DNA of 64,000 nucleotides from assembly GCA_964016885.1 (NCBI GenBank), contig OZ024747.1, positions 12,276,001-12,340,000 on the forward strand, in the 5' to 3' direction. A model generated the notes under the pieces. It was not told the origin of the DNA. It was given only the letters and a program-made list of their open reading frames with translations, and did not search any database. The stretch comes from Eledone cirrhosa. Its lineage: Eukaryota. The number at the start of each line of letters is the position of its first letter. The first letter of the stretch is position 1. Positions 1 to 13,241 of this stretch are shown here, one piece after another. A program made the translations under genes and the position numbers.

Positions 1-685
1 GTATAATACTGCCCTAGAAAGAGGGTAGGAGAGTATAATACTGCCCTAGAAAGAGGGTAGGAGAGTATAATACTGCCCTAGAAAGAGGGTAGGAGAGTAT
101 AATACCACCCTAGAAAGAGGGTAGAAGAGTATAATACCACCCTAGAAAGAGGGTAGGAGAGTATAATACCACCCTAGAAAGAGGGTAGGAGAGTATAATA
201 CCGCCTAGAAAGAGGGTAGGAGAGTATAATACTGCCCTAGAAAGAGGGTAGGAGAGTATAATACCGCCCTAGAAAAAGGGTAAGAGAGTATAATACCACC
301 TAGAAAGAGGGTAGCAGAGTATAATACCACCCTAGAAAGAGGGTAGGAGAGTATAATACCGCCTAGAAAGAGGGTAGGAGAGTATAATACTGCCCTAGAA
401 AGAGGGTAAGAGAGTATAATACCGCCCTAGAAAAAGGGTAAGAGAGTATAATACCACCCTAGAAAGAGGGTAGGAGAGTATAATACCGCCTAGAAAGAGG
501 GTAGGAGAGTATAATACCACCCTAGAAAGAGGGTAAGAGAGCATAATACCGCCTAGAAAGAGGGTAGGAGAGTGTAATACCGCCTAGAAAGAGGGTAGGA
601 GAGTATAATACCGCCTAGAAAGAGGGTAGGAGAGTATAATACCGCCTAGAAAGAGGGTAGGAGAGCATACTACCACCCTAGAAAG
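1..685. repeat. 31-32 bp minisatellite (GTATAATACCACCCTAGAAAGAGGGTAGGAGA), about 21 copies, truncated by window edge
   Basis: Head-to-tail units with no spacers. Confidence 0.95.
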
Positions 686-754
686 ATTTGAAATCAGAAC
701 AAAGAGATTTAACTAAACATCACAAATTATTTTGTTTAGTCTTCTAGCATGATG

Positions 755-975
755 ATAATGTTTCTATGTTTAGCACAAGGCCAGCAACTTGATGGGAAGG
801 TGAGCAGGTAGTCAATTAAATCAACCCCCAGTGCATTACTGATACTTTATTTTATCAAGCCTGGAAGAATGAAAGAGAGATAACACCATCAGGATTTGAA
901 TTCAAAAATGTAAAGATGATAACTAAATGTCACAAGACATTTTACCTGATGCTCGACTGATTCTGCTAATCTACT
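755..975 (-). mobile_element. Degenerate tRNA-derived SINE (family A)
   Basis: gcacaaggccagcaa...cagtgcattactgatactttattttatc...ggatttgaattca matches the family A reverse complement. Confidence 0.7.
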
Positions 976-1219
976 ACACCACCACCACAACTGCCACAGC
1001 CACCACTACCACTCCCACACCACCACCACCACCACCACCACGACTACTACCACAGATGGAACATTAAAAAGACGACAGAGTGCAATTTCAACATTTTAAA
1101 TAGAAATATTCAGTGACATAATTCAACTTTAATTTTTCTTTTTAATCTTAATAAATGGTTGGATAGACACAGCATTAAGATTTAGCTAGTCAATCAATGA
1201 AGTGTTCAATATTTTGGTT

Positions 1220-1690
1220 CAGTGTGGGGGGGGGGGTGTTTGTGTGTGTGTTTGTGTGTGCGTTTGTGTGCGTTTGTGTGTGCTTGTGTGTGCTTGTGTG
1301 TGTGCTTGTGTGTGTGCTTGTGTGTGCTTGTGTGTGTTTGTGTGTGTGTGTTTGTGTGTGTTTGTGTGTGTGCTTGTGTGTGAGAATGTGTACGTTTGTG
1401 TGTGAAAATGTGTGAGTTTGCGTGAGAATGTGTGAGTGTGTGTGTGAAAATGTGTGTGTGTGGATGGAGTAAGAATGTGTGTGTGGATGGGGGTGAGAAT
1501 GCATGTGTAGGTGCATGAGAATGCAGGTGTGTGATAATGTGTGTGTGATAATGTGTGTGTAAGAATGCATGTGGGTATGAGAGTGCATATGTGGGTGGGT
1601 GTGTGTGTGCATGTGAGAATGTTTGTGTATAAGAATGTGCGAGTGTGTGTAATGAGAATATATGGGTGCACGAGTTTTGGGGGTGAGAAT
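1220..1690. repeat. Degenerate (GT)n microsatellite
   Basis: GT/GTT/GCTT runs; source of the His/Thr and Cys/Val ORFs. Confidence 0.95.
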
Positions 1691-3007
1691 GAGTATGAAA
1701 GATAGTGACATGTCTAAACCTTTGAATTACAGGTGCAAGTCATCTAACAAGCTTTCAAAGACTTCCAATTTATCCAATTACACTCAACAAACCTGAATTT
1801 ACCTGAGGCTATAGTAAATGAAACTTGCTCAATATGCCACACAGTGGGATTCAACCCGATACCTAATGATAGCAAAGTCTTCAATAACTCTTTTGATATC
1901 AACATAACCAAAACTGGCTCTGGTCTATTTAAGGGCTCTTATTTAATCTAACCTTTTTGTGGTCATATTTCTAATAAATTCCATTATTTCATTTTGATTG
2001 TTTCTTTACAGAAATAATAAATAGAAACCCTTTAAAATTGGTAGTTTTGCCTCATAAGACTAGAACCAGTTTTGGCCAGTTGGTGTTAAAAGGGTTAAAA
2101 TTTTCCAGCATAATTTTATGTAAGAACCATATGTTAAATTACTATATCAGTAATGAAATAAAAAAATTTAGTAAATCCTTGAAAATTCTTCAGAATTAAT
2201 TGAAATTAAATTTTGGTAAATCCCTAAAAATTTGTCATAATTAATTGAAATTAAATTTACAGTCTACACCTTTGAAAGTTTACCTAGCATACCTATGAAT
2301 TTGTATTTCATAGTTTTCTCATATATTTTAGTGATAGGAGCACCAGTCTGTCATAAAAAGCAACATGATATGAAATGTCATGTTCAAAAACAAATACTAC
2401 CTGGTCCAAGAATTGAACCCACAACCTTATGATCTTAAGTCTAACACCCTAACTACTAGGCCACAAGCCTTCATTGCTTTCCATTAATTGAAATAGAGTG
2501 TATTCCATTATAATAGTCATGAAAGGGTAAACCACTCAACTATGCCTACAGTCACAGAGCTGGAAGACAATGTACAGATCTCATATTTTGGATAAGGTTT
2601 TTTATTTTATTTTGCTTGTGACTCTCCACCCCACCAACTAATGTCTTGATTCCTCAAGTGGTTTAGACCTCTCTGGTTACGAGATTCTTCCTACTTCCAG
2701 AAGTAATTAAAACTGCTTTAATTATACAAATTAATTTATATTAATTAAATTGATTAAATGTCTATTTTTTTTTTCAAATTTATTTAATTAATTAAAAGGA
2801 TAATATAGAATGTACTTGTGGTATTGCAATTGACCTCAAGCGGGTATATATTGGACTAAGAGAATTGGTTATATACGCACACACATAACTGTTTATAATA
2901 TAAAGAAAGGATCTCATCATTAGATCAAATCAAGGATACTGTGTTTCTATTGGTCCTTCCATTACCAATACAATCTGCTGGCCATCACTCCTCACACAAG
3001 TGTCACA

Positions 3008-3060
<53 letters not shown>

Positions 3061-3694
3061 GCCAATCATTAGATCAGTTCAAGGAAACAATGTGTCCATT
3101 GGTCTTTCCATTGCTAATAGGTTTCTCAGGTGTTTAAATTGTAGGGGCCCTCAGTCCTATTATGAGAAGTCGCGACGCTGCTGTCTTTTGCTCTGGTGTT
3201 GGCTCGGTTGTTCACCCCCTTCCTTTACATTTTCTTTAATATTGCAACATTAAAAGAATATATCCTTCTGAAAGAATTGCGAGCAATTTATGTTATCTAA
3301 GCATTTGTAACGTCATTTATGTATATATTTAAAACATATTTATTATGTTTTTCAATTTCTCAAAATGAAGCACCATACTCAAGAACACAATATTGTGCAG
3401 TCTAGGACTCAAATCCACAACTTTATGAACATGAGCCCAACCCACTAACCACAACACCCTGCTCACCTTTACATAACATATATACACATAACTAAGAGTA
3501 GTAGTAGTAGTAGTAGTATTAATAGTAGTAGTAGCAGTGTGTATTGTTTCTGTAGATCAGATGAAATGTTCATCTTAAGTTGGTTTGTTCTTCACTGTTT
3601 AGTAGTTATACTTACAGCTTCTACTCAGCTTCATTGAGTTTTTAGCTGAACTTAAAAGGTCACTTCTTTTATAATCCTCACAATATACTTTGTA

Positions 3695-4095
3695 CAGTGT
3701 GTGTATGTTGCTCTGAGTATGCGTGTATGTGTGTTGTTCTGCATGTGTAAGTGTGTGTGTGTGCTGCTATGCATGTGTGCATGAATATGCATGTGTGCGT
3801 GTGTGTTTTGCTGTGTTCAAATTCAGAGCAACACATACATATATATGAATATGTATATATGTGCATGTGTATGTATGTGTTGCTCTGAATATGTATGCAT
3901 GTGTGTGTGTGTGTGTGTGTGTGTTTTGCTGTGTTGCTCTGATTGAGTATATGTGTGTTGGTCTGAATGTATATGTATGTGTGCTGCTGTGTTGGTATGA
4001 ATATGTCTGCATGTGTGTTGCTCTGCATGTGTATGTGTGTCGCTATGCATGTGTATGTATGTGTTGTGTTGCTGTTCATGTATGTGTGTGTGCAG
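3695..4095. repeat. Degenerate (GT/AT)n low-complexity repeat
   Basis: Alternating purine-pyrimidine tract. Confidence 0.85.
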
Positions 4096-4521
4096 ACTAT
4101 AATGTTGTTCTTTGTTGTTACTAGTTCCCAACTAACCACCCCTATCTCAGAATAAGTCTTCACTGTGACCATGACTGGAATATTTCGGTGAATGACCACA
4201 CCACACCACGCCACGCCACGCCACGCCACGCCACACCACACCACCAAACTCTTGTTTTCATTTCTTGCTTTCCGGTTAATCTTAACGATAACTGCTCATT
4301 TAGAAATTGGCTATATAATTAACCAACTTTATTTGTGAAAATCACTCACAAATAAACAACCACACCAACCAAACACCTTTGTTTAATTACACACACTAGA
4401 AGTGACACACACACACACAAGCAACAACAACTTTGTTTCATTCTTTTACTACTTGTAGCTACCATATATGGTCATAGGATTTAAAGTGTTAATATTTATC
4501 TAAAAACTTTTCATCAGTTTT

Positions 4522-4680
4522 ATTCCCGTTCCGCGGTGGCAAACTTGCAGCGACACTTTCTCCAGCCACACCCTGGTGCAGTCTGTGACTAACCCAGGTT
4601 CTGCTGCATGTTGGAGGGCTGAGGAGGCCAAACTCTCCAAGTACCGGTCGCTCTCCGACAGGTTTGCGGTCGTGCCCTTA
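4522..4680 (+). mobile_element. Fragment of a CRE-like non-LTR retrotransposon (restriction-like endonuclease region)
   Basis: GC-rich island translating PFRGGK/TCSDTFSSHTLVQSVTNPGSAACWRAEEAKLSKYRSLSDRFAVVPL. This resembles the C-terminal pattern WDxTCxDT...GxAA..AE..K..KY..L...F.FVP of CRE-type elements (recalled pattern). Confidence 0.65.
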
Positions 4681-4991
4681 CCATCTCCGGGGAAACGCCT
4701 TCTCCATTCTGTCCGCCGGGGCTGTGGGGGGGAGACCAGCACGTGGGACCCCATTTGCTCACCATACAGGTTTGCGGTCGTGCCCTTACCATCTCCGGGG
4801 AAACGCCTTCTCCATTCTGTCCGCCGGGGCTGTGGGGGGGAGACCAGCACGTGGGACCCCATTTGCTCACCATACAGGTTTGCGGTCGTGCCCTTACCAT
4901 CTCCGGGGAAACGCCTTCTCCATTCTGTCCGCCGGGGCTGTGTGGGGGGGGGGGGGAGACCAGCACGTGGGACCCCATTTGCTCACCATAC
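4658..4991. repeat. 108-bp GC-rich tandem repeat, 3 copies
   Basis: Units start at 4658, 4766 and 4874; near-identical apart from an expanded G run in copy 3. Confidence 0.95.
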
Positions 4992-5519
4992 GGATTAATA
5001 GGCAAAGCTATAAACTATTGTAAATAAAAACAACAACTTTATTATGTCCCAAACAACCAGCTATATAATGAGAAAGTTTAGTTAAACTACTAAATACTAC
5101 CAAATTGTTATTTTCAAATTTATTTAAAAAATAATAAGCAGTGCCTTTCACTAGAATGATGACTTGAATTGAAGCTGCTGACATTGAAAACAACATTTTA
5201 TTTAGAACCAAGGGTAGTTTGATATGGGTTAAGTAGATGAAAACTTGTGGAAAACTGCCCAGATGCATTGTACTGTACCAGTAATAAAAAAGGGTTAAAG
5301 TTTTACTAGAAGATTGCATTAAAGGTACAAGTATCCATGGAATACTTAGCCACCATATACTGTATAATTCAATTAGATAAGCTTAGTTGATCAAACAAAT
5401 GGAATGCTCAACACTAATAGTGACATTGAGCATTCCATGATTTAACTTTTAGCGTGCGTGCGTGCAAGATTATGCACACACATTTCTAAGATCATATCTA
5501 TGTGTATTTGATTAAATCA

Positions 5520-5730
5520 TTCATGTGTATGCATGTATAGGATCATGTGTGTATGCATGTGTAGGATATTCTGTATATGTGTATGCATGTGTAGGATATT
5601 CTGTATGTGTGCATGCATGTGTAGGATATTCTGTATGTGTGCATGCATGTGTAGGATATTCTGTATGTGTGCATGCATTGTAGGATATTCTGTATGTGTG
5701 CATGCATGCATATGTAAGATCATGTGTGTA
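5520..5730. repeat. 30-bp minisatellite (GTGTGCATGCATGTGTAGGATATTCTGTAT)
   Basis: About 6-7 tandem units. Confidence 0.9.
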
Positions 5731-5754
5731 TGAAAAAGAAAGAGAGCGAGTAAG

Positions 5755-6180
5755 AAATAAGACTAAGAGAGAATGAGAAAGAGTAAAAGAGAATGAGAAA
5801 GAGTAAGAGAGAATGAGAAAGAGTAAGAGAGAATGAGAAAGAGTAAGAGAGAATGAGAAAGAGTAAAAGAGAGTGAGAAAGAGTAAAAGAGAGTGAGAAA
5901 GAGTAAGAGAGAGTGAGAAAGAGTAAGAGAGAGTGAGAAAGAGTAAGAGAGAGTGAGAAAGACTAAGAGAGAGTGAGAAAGACTAAGAGAGAGTGAGAAA
6001 GACTAAGAGAGAGTGAGAAAGACTAAGAGAGAGTGAGAAAGAGTAAAAGAGAATGAGAAAGAGTAAAAGAGAATGAGAAAGAGTAAAAGAGAATGAGAAA
6101 GAGTAAAAGAGAATGAGAAAGAGTAAAAGAGAATGAGAAAGAGTAAGAGAGAGTGAGAGAGTAAGAAAAAGTGAGAGAGA
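5755..6180. repeat. 20-bp purine-rich minisatellite (GAGTAAGAGAGAGTGAGAAA)
   Basis: About 20 tandem units. Confidence 0.95.
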
Positions 6181-6579
6181 TTAGATTAGGGGCAAGTTGA
6201 AGTGTTTTATTTCTGTGAATATCACTGGCTTTAGAAGTGCCCTCAGTTGTAGTAGTTAAACTGTTTTAACCTTTTAAAATGTGTGACAATCAGAAAGGTT
6301 TCAACTATAGTGATAAGACTGATGAACATATAATATTGTGTCAGATGAAATAGTGAAGCTCTTAACAATGTTGTTTTTATAATGTCTGATAACTTCAAAA
6401 GTATTTTTCAGACATATTTCTTTTGTTATTTCCTTTCCAAAACTAGTTTCATTTCTGTTGTAATTCTAATGCAATCTGTCACTTGACCTAGCAATATTAT
6501 TATAGTAAAAAATAAGATGGTATTTTTATTACCATATATTCTCATGCATAAGAAATTCTGAACTAGAATTCAGGACAAA

Positions 6580-6950
6580 AAAATGTGAATTGTTTTATAC
6601 ACGAGTACACAGAAAGTGTGAGGTGTTTTATACATGAGACCACAAAAAGTGTGAGGTGTTTTATACATGAGACCACAAAAAGTGTGAGGTGTTTTATACA
6701 TGAGACCACAAAAAGTGTGAGGTGTTTTATACATGAGACCACAAAAAGTGAGGTGTTTTATACATGAGACCACAAAAAGTGTGAGGTGTTTTATACATGA
6801 GACCACAAAAAGTGTGAGGTGTTTTATACATGAGTACACAAAAGTGTGAGTTTTATGAGTACACAAAAAGTGTGAGTTTATACACGAGTACACAAAAAGT
6901 GTGAGTTTTATTATACATGAGTATACAAAAAGTGAGTTTTATACATGAGA
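6580..6950. repeat. 33-bp minisatellite (GTGTGAGGTGTTTTATACATGAGACCACAAAAA)
   Basis: About 11 units, degenerate at both ends. Confidence 0.95.
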
Positions 6951-7235
6951 ACACATTTTCAGACATTTTTCATGCGAGTTTAAAAATACTTGTTTCAAAT
7001 GACAAAATTGCAAATACACTCAGTAAGTGTTATTATACACAAAAAGCTAAACATACAGTTTTACAGTTGTTTTACATTCTTTACTGTTACAAAAAACTGA
7101 ATATTGTAGTGAAATATACGTTAGATGCAGATTTTGATGGGTAACATGATTTTTGTTTACAAGAAAAAAAAACTACACATAATACATAAGGATGTAATTT
7201 ATTATTGTTTATTTCAGCTTCAGAAACAGGTCATA

Positions 7236-7758
7236 TTAACCCTTTAGCATTAAAACCGCCCATAATTCTCTCACCTCTTCCTGTTCAAACTGGCTGTAAC
7301 CAGTTGCTCATACTGATGTTAAAGTATTGTTCTCGAAATAAATAGCATCAAAATCTCATAGATTTGATATTATGTGAGATAATTATGTGAGGTAAAGCCT
7401 TTACCATGAAAATACAATAGTATATCATCATTTTACATCCGCTTTTCCCTGCTTGCAAGGGTGGGACAGGAACTGATCCTGGCTTGATTTCTACAGCTGG
7501 ATGCCCTTCCTAACACCAACCTCATTTACAGCGAGTGCTGGGTGCTTTTTTTTTTCCTTGGCGCCACTTTACAGTGTGGGCTGGGTGCTTTTTTGCCGTG
7601 GCACCTCCATGACCACTTTGCAGTGGAATGATATGGACCCCAGTCCCTATCATCTTATTTCTAGAGCTGAGTAAACTGGAGCAATATGAAATAAAGTGTC
7701 TTGCTCAAGGAAACACCACATCACCCGGTGTAGAGTAATATAAATGCTAAAGAGTTAA
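7236..7758. mobile_element. piggyBac-type MITE (TTAA-CCCTTTAGCATT...) interrupted by a family B SINE
   Basis: TTAA at both ends and TIR-like termini. Internal sequence matches the copy at 59137-59363. SINE inserted at about 7424-7730. Confidence 0.8.
7424..7730 (-). mobile_element. 5'-truncated CORE-like SINE (family B) with RTE-derived tail
   Basis: Reverse complement matches the 3' part of the full-length copy at 59919-60267, including gtcccacccttgcaagcagggaaaagcgga. Confidence 0.85.
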
Positions 7759-8381
7759 ACAAAAAGATCACAAAAAGCTGAAGATCACAAGTTAGCGAAG
7801 TACCAACTGTTCTCTGATAGGTTTATCATTGAACCTAAAGTGGTGGAAGCTCCTGAGTGTCCAAACCAAGCAGGTAATATCTTTAGAAATATGATGGTAT
7901 ACTGGTTAACAAGGCATTAAAAACATATACCCAACCTTCTCTCTTGTCATTCCTGGCATCTAGTTGTTTTGTGTCAATATTTAGAAATATATATTTATTT
8001 AAGGGGAATAAAACTAAACCAGCTGAAACTGCTCTCAGTTCTATGACACTAAGCTGTTTGTTTGAAAGTGTTTGGATTTATTTAAAATCTTCCACCACAA
8101 TTTTATCTAAGAACCTTTGTTAAGTTATGTTCCAAATATCAGTTTAATATTACTAAATCCCTCTAGGTTCTTGATTACTTTCAAAATTAATTGGAAATTA
8201 TATGTGGTGTCTTTAGCAAAAGGGTTAAAGTATTTATAATTTGTATTAAAATGTTTGTTCCAAACACCAGTTTAATAAGAGAGTTAGTTACACTACAAAA
8301 TCCTTCAGAATTCTTCATTATTTTCAAAAATAATTGAAAACAATCATCAGTGTCTTAAGAAAAATGGTAGCAAAGGGGATA

Positions 8382-8420
<39 letters not shown>

Positions 8421-8429
8421 CGATCATAA

Positions 8430-8760
8430 TCTAGTTGTAAGAGTGTTGGATTTTCTGTCATATGACCATTGGCTTGTTGATCCTTGAGCAAGACACTTCA
8501 TTTCATGTTTTTCATGATAGGACTGGTATCCCCTATTATTAAACACAAGAAACATCTGGCAAGATATCTCATAGGTCAGCTAAACTTCAAGAGATGTGAG
8601 CTGTAACAACATGATAGAACTGGGGTCTCAATCATTAAAATATCCAAGAAACCTATTGTGAGATATATCATAGGTCCACTAAACCTCAAGAGGTGCAAGC
8701 TGTAACAACATGATAGAACTGGGCCCTATCATTAAAATACCCAAGAAACCTCCTATGAGA
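8430..8760 (+). mobile_element. Family B-related SINE with a tandemly repeated ~113-bp 3' segment
   Basis: ccttgagcaagacacttcatttcatg, followed by three copies of catgatagRactgg...caagaaac. Confidence 0.7.
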
Positions 8761-9167
8761 TTGAACCATATGTGTGAGCTGAAAATTTCATATATTTTTT
8801 TTAATATAGAAATATGGTAGTGAAAGGGTTAACACAGTATTAAAAACATATTACACCTGACCTTCTTCTCCTTTGTCATTTCTGGCATCTAGTTGCTTCG
8901 TGCCAATATTTAGAAATATATATTTATTTGTGTTGAATACAAAAGGTTGGAAGTGGAAGAAAAATACAAATAAAAGGTAATTCTGTGTGACTAACCTGAA
9001 TCTTGCTATTCTGTGTATGTGGTGTGTGTATGTGTGAGAGCTCTTTAGCTGGGAAGTCATATTCCCACCAGGTATTACTATTATTACCATATATAGCTTA
9101 CAGAAATATCCTCAATCTCTCTTCCCATACACACATATAGACGTTGGGTTCCTGAATCTTTTCACAC

Positions 9168-9198
<31 letters not shown>

Positions 9199-9286
9199 TT
9201 ATATATATTATATATAAATAAATTGCTATGTGGTTGACAGCTGAGAGAAAGGAGTACTCAGTACCGTATACTAGTCTGATGACCCT

Positions 9287-9336
<50 letters not shown>

Positions 9337-9893
9337 AACACACATACATAGACAATGTCAATACTGAAGCAAGGCTACTGACCTTGGGAGGAAGGTCTGC
9401 ATCTCACGTATATATTCTATCTTACATTCTATCAAGTGCAGAGGAGGTTGTCATGTTTGTTTGACACGACTGAAGAGTCCTCTCAACCCTTTGTTTGGCA
9501 AGCTTTCTACAGCTGGATGCCCTTCCTGTCACCAATCACTTCACAGCATGTACTGGGTGTGTTTATCATGTAGATCACTAACACTAAAGATGCACCCAGT
9601 ACACTCTGAAAAGTGTTCAGCTATAGAAAACATGCCAAAACATTGAACTTATGAACAAGATGTCGTTCTCCAACTTATTTAGTCACGGATCAGAATGACT
9701 TGTCCTACCTATAACAGAGAAACCAGCCATATAACTATTATTATTATTATTATTTATAATTTACATTGAATACTGACTACTCCACTCCCCATAAAATGAA
9801 TAACTTATGTAAACAGTCAATACAATCAACTACACCCTCCACCCACTAACAAATTTGTGTTGTTTGACTTAAACTGTTATTAAAGAAAGCATT

Positions 9894-10290
9894 GTGGATT
9901 GGCAGTATTGGTAGAGGGTCGGACACCATGCTTTGTAGCATAGAGTTACCTCCCTTTATGATCTGAGTTCAAATCCCGCCGAGGTTAACTTTACCTTTCA
10001 TCCTTACGGGGTCGATAAAATAAAGTACCAGTAATGCACTGGGTAATTTATGGCCTTGTGCCAAAAGTAGAAACAATTATTATTATGAGTAGAGTGTCAA
10101 CAACATGCTCTATGGTATATAGTTACATCCCTTTACATTCTGAGTTGAAATCCCACCAAAGTCAGCTTTGCTTTTCATCCTTACTGGGGTTAATAAAATA
10201 AAGTACCAGTAATGCACTGGGGTCGATTTAATCAACTTCCCCTCCCACAAAATTGCTGGCCTTGTGCCTAAATCAGAAACCATTATTATC
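9894..10290 (+). mobile_element. Two tandem tRNA-derived SINEs (family A)
   Basis: A-box TGGCAGTATTGG, B-box GAGTTCAAATCC, body cctttcatccttacggggtcgataaaataaagtaccag, (ATT)n tail. Confidence 0.9.
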
Positions 10291-11201
10291 GTTATTGCAG
10301 CTCAATTTAAATTCCTAATAGAACCATTTCAGTTGACTTATTCCTTCTTGTATCTCTGATTCCTTATTGGAAATCAATCAATAAACAATAAGGAAATCAA
10401 TACAGGTGTAGACTCTGCCAACAATGTATAACAAAATATATGACAGGCCAATGACTTGTTAACTCCTAATGTCCTGTACCACATGAAACCACATCAACAA
10501 TACATTATTGAAAAATACAAAACAGTATTATGACTAGATCACATTAAAAATTAAAGTCTTTACTCTAATACTCCAAATTTTCACAACAATCTGTCCACCA
10601 ATAAACATCATCATCATCTTCGTTTAACGTCCATTTTCCACGCTAGCATGGGTTAGACGGAACATACTTTTGATATTTGAATTTAAAAAACCACATTAAG
10701 ACATTATTGAAAAGTAGAAAACAGCATCATAATTGATTTAAATTTACAATTTCTTCACAATTATCTGTCCATTAGTAAAGGTGCTACAATAATATGAATT
10801 AACAGTTTTAAATATTCTCTACCAAATTATTACAGAAATGTTAAAATGTTAATTTTTGAGAAACAGTCACCATAGCAACAAAAACAAGATATATACTTCT
10901 GAGGTTCATCTATATTTTAGTCAGCCTTCCTTGAATCAACTTCTGACTGGGTCATAGGGATGCCATCATAACATACAGTCAGTTTTAGGCATTCTAAACC
11001 TTAGGGAGCTCATCCCTTTCCTCTTTTGACCAGAGTCAGAGAGATGAGAGAGAATGAGAGAGAATGAGAAGAATTAACCCCCGTCCTCAACTGGCACTTT
11101 GACCCCAAAAGGATTCAAAGACAAAAATCAACCTTGATCAGAATTGAACTCACAGTGCAGAGATCCAGAATAACTACTGCAAGGCATTTTAATACAATGC
11201 T

Positions 11202-11620
11202 TTAACCCTTTAGCATTTACATTACTCTATATACACTATTATATTTTCATGGTAAAGTCTTTACCTCACATAATATCGAGTCTGAGATTTTGATATTACT
11301 TATTTTGAGAACAATACATTAACATTAGTATGAGCGGCTAGTTACAGCCAGTTTGAGCAGAAAGAGCCGAGAGAAATCCAGCTGGATACAGCCGGTTTAA
11401 CCCTTTAGCATTTAAACCGGCCTTTTCCGGCCAGAATTTTCTCACCTCTTTCTCTTCAAACTGGCCCTAACTAGGAACTCATACTGATGTTAAGGTATTG
11501 ATCTCAACATAATATCAAAATCTCATAGATTCGATATTATGAGTGATGTTATATGCAATAAAGCTTTTACCACTAAAATACAATAGTATATATAGAGTAA
11601 TGTAAATGCTAAAGGGTTAA
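11202..11620. mobile_element. Two piggyBac-type MITEs in opposite orientation, inserted together in an old family A SINE
   Basis: TTAA at 11202, 11397 and 11617. TIR CCCTTTAGCATTTA. SINE sequence resumes after 11620. Confidence 0.85.
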
Positions 11621-12344
11621 CAAGTATGCCAATTCATGCTTTACATTCTATCCACTGAGAACCTGGAGTAATACAACTCAGAAGAAAGAATTAAGTAAAT
11701 AAATAGATAAATTGGTGATTCTCTTTTTTTTGATAAAGTGAAAAATGTGACGTCTAAACAGAAACTGAAATAAAAGGAAAGAATAAAACCAGGTTAAATG
11801 GAAGAGGGAAATTCCCCATAGATAAAACAAATAGGGTTGGCAGCTGGATTACATGCACGTCTGTGAGGAAGATATTCTTTAGTTTTTTTCACTTAAATCT
11901 TTTAATGAAAAGCAATAATACATTTTAGTAAGAGCAGTTCCTTAAGAAAAGGAATTTAGGAAGAGACAGATGGTTAGGTTGGAATGGAATTGGTAAAGAT
12001 TCATTTAAATGTTTATAGTTTGTACTTGATTAGTTAGTTTTCACTGCAAATTAACCCTTTTGATACCAAACCACCCCTGGTTATACAATATAAAACTGTT
12101 TGTTTTAAAGTGTTTGAATTTATCTAAAAACCTTCCACCATAAATTAATGTAAAAATCTTTGTTCTAAACAGCAGCTTAATAATAAGAAAAAAAATCTAG
12201 TAGTTATATTACTAAATACCTCCAAATTCTTGATTATTGTCAGATTCATAATAGGCAGAGTCTTTCATAATGTGGATTAAGAGAGAAAAATATTCATAAA
12301 CAGAGATAATGATCATTTTCACAAACATAGAAGAATTATATAAT

Positions 12345-12531
12345 AATAATTGTTTCTGCTTTTGGCACAAAGCCAGCAATTACACCAGTGCATTACTGGT
12401 ACTTTATTTTATCAACCCCATAAAGATGAAAGGTAAAGTTAACCTCGGCGGGATTTGAACTCAGACCATAAAGGGACCTAACTCTATGCTGGAAAGCATG
12501 GCGTCAGACCCTCTACCGTACTGCCAATCCA
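12345..12531 (-). mobile_element. SINE family A
   Basis: Near-complete reverse-complement copy. Confidence 0.9.
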
Positions 12532-12585
12532 AGTAGGTAATAACTAATAGATTGTTCTTCAAAATGTTCATATAGGCAATGCCAC

Positions 12586-12775
12586 TTAACCCTTTAGCAT
12601 TCACATTACTCTATATATAAACTATTATATTTTCATGGTAAATGCTTTACCTCACATAATATCGAATCTGAGATTTTGAAAACAATACCTTAACATCAGT
12701 TTGCGCGACCAGTTACAGCCAGTTTCAACAGAAAAAGGTAGAGAATTCTGGCCGGTTTGAACATTAAAGGGTTAA
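12586..12775. mobile_element. piggyBac-type MITE
   Basis: TTAA-CCCTTTAGCATT ... TAAAGGG-TTAA; same family as 59137-59363. Confidence 0.85.
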
Positions 12776-13049
12776 ATCTTTTTTTTTGTGTGTGACAAAG
12801 ATTATATCTTTCATCTTTTTGATACTAAATTTCTAATGAAAGACACTGCCTATGATTTTTTAAATTAATTTTGAAAATAACAATTTTGAGATTTAATAAA
12901 ATAATTTTCTTGTTATTTTAGCTGGTATTTCTTACACAAACTTATGATGGAAGATAATTAGATCAAGATACACAGCAAAACAAACAATTTTATATGAAAG
13001 AAACGAAGGACAGTTTTGGGTTGTTTTGGTATGAAAAGGATGAGACAAA

Positions 13050-13241
13050 TATAATTGTTTCTACTTTTGGCACAAGGCCAGCAATTATTCCAGTACATTA
13101 CTGGTACTTTATTTTATCGACCCCGTAAAGATGAAAGGCAAAGTGAACCTCAGCGGAACTTGAACTCACACTATATAGGGGCATAACTCAAGGCTGCAAA
13201 GCATGACGTCCGACCTTCTACTGATACTGCCAATCCACCGC
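13050..13241 (-). mobile_element. SINE family A
   Basis: Full-length reverse-complement copy. Confidence 0.9.

Noticed and set aside
1-685. CRISPR-like 32-bp repeats with an internal ACCCT/AGGGT hairpin
   Set aside because: No unique spacers, no cas genes, eukaryotic context; plain minisatellite.
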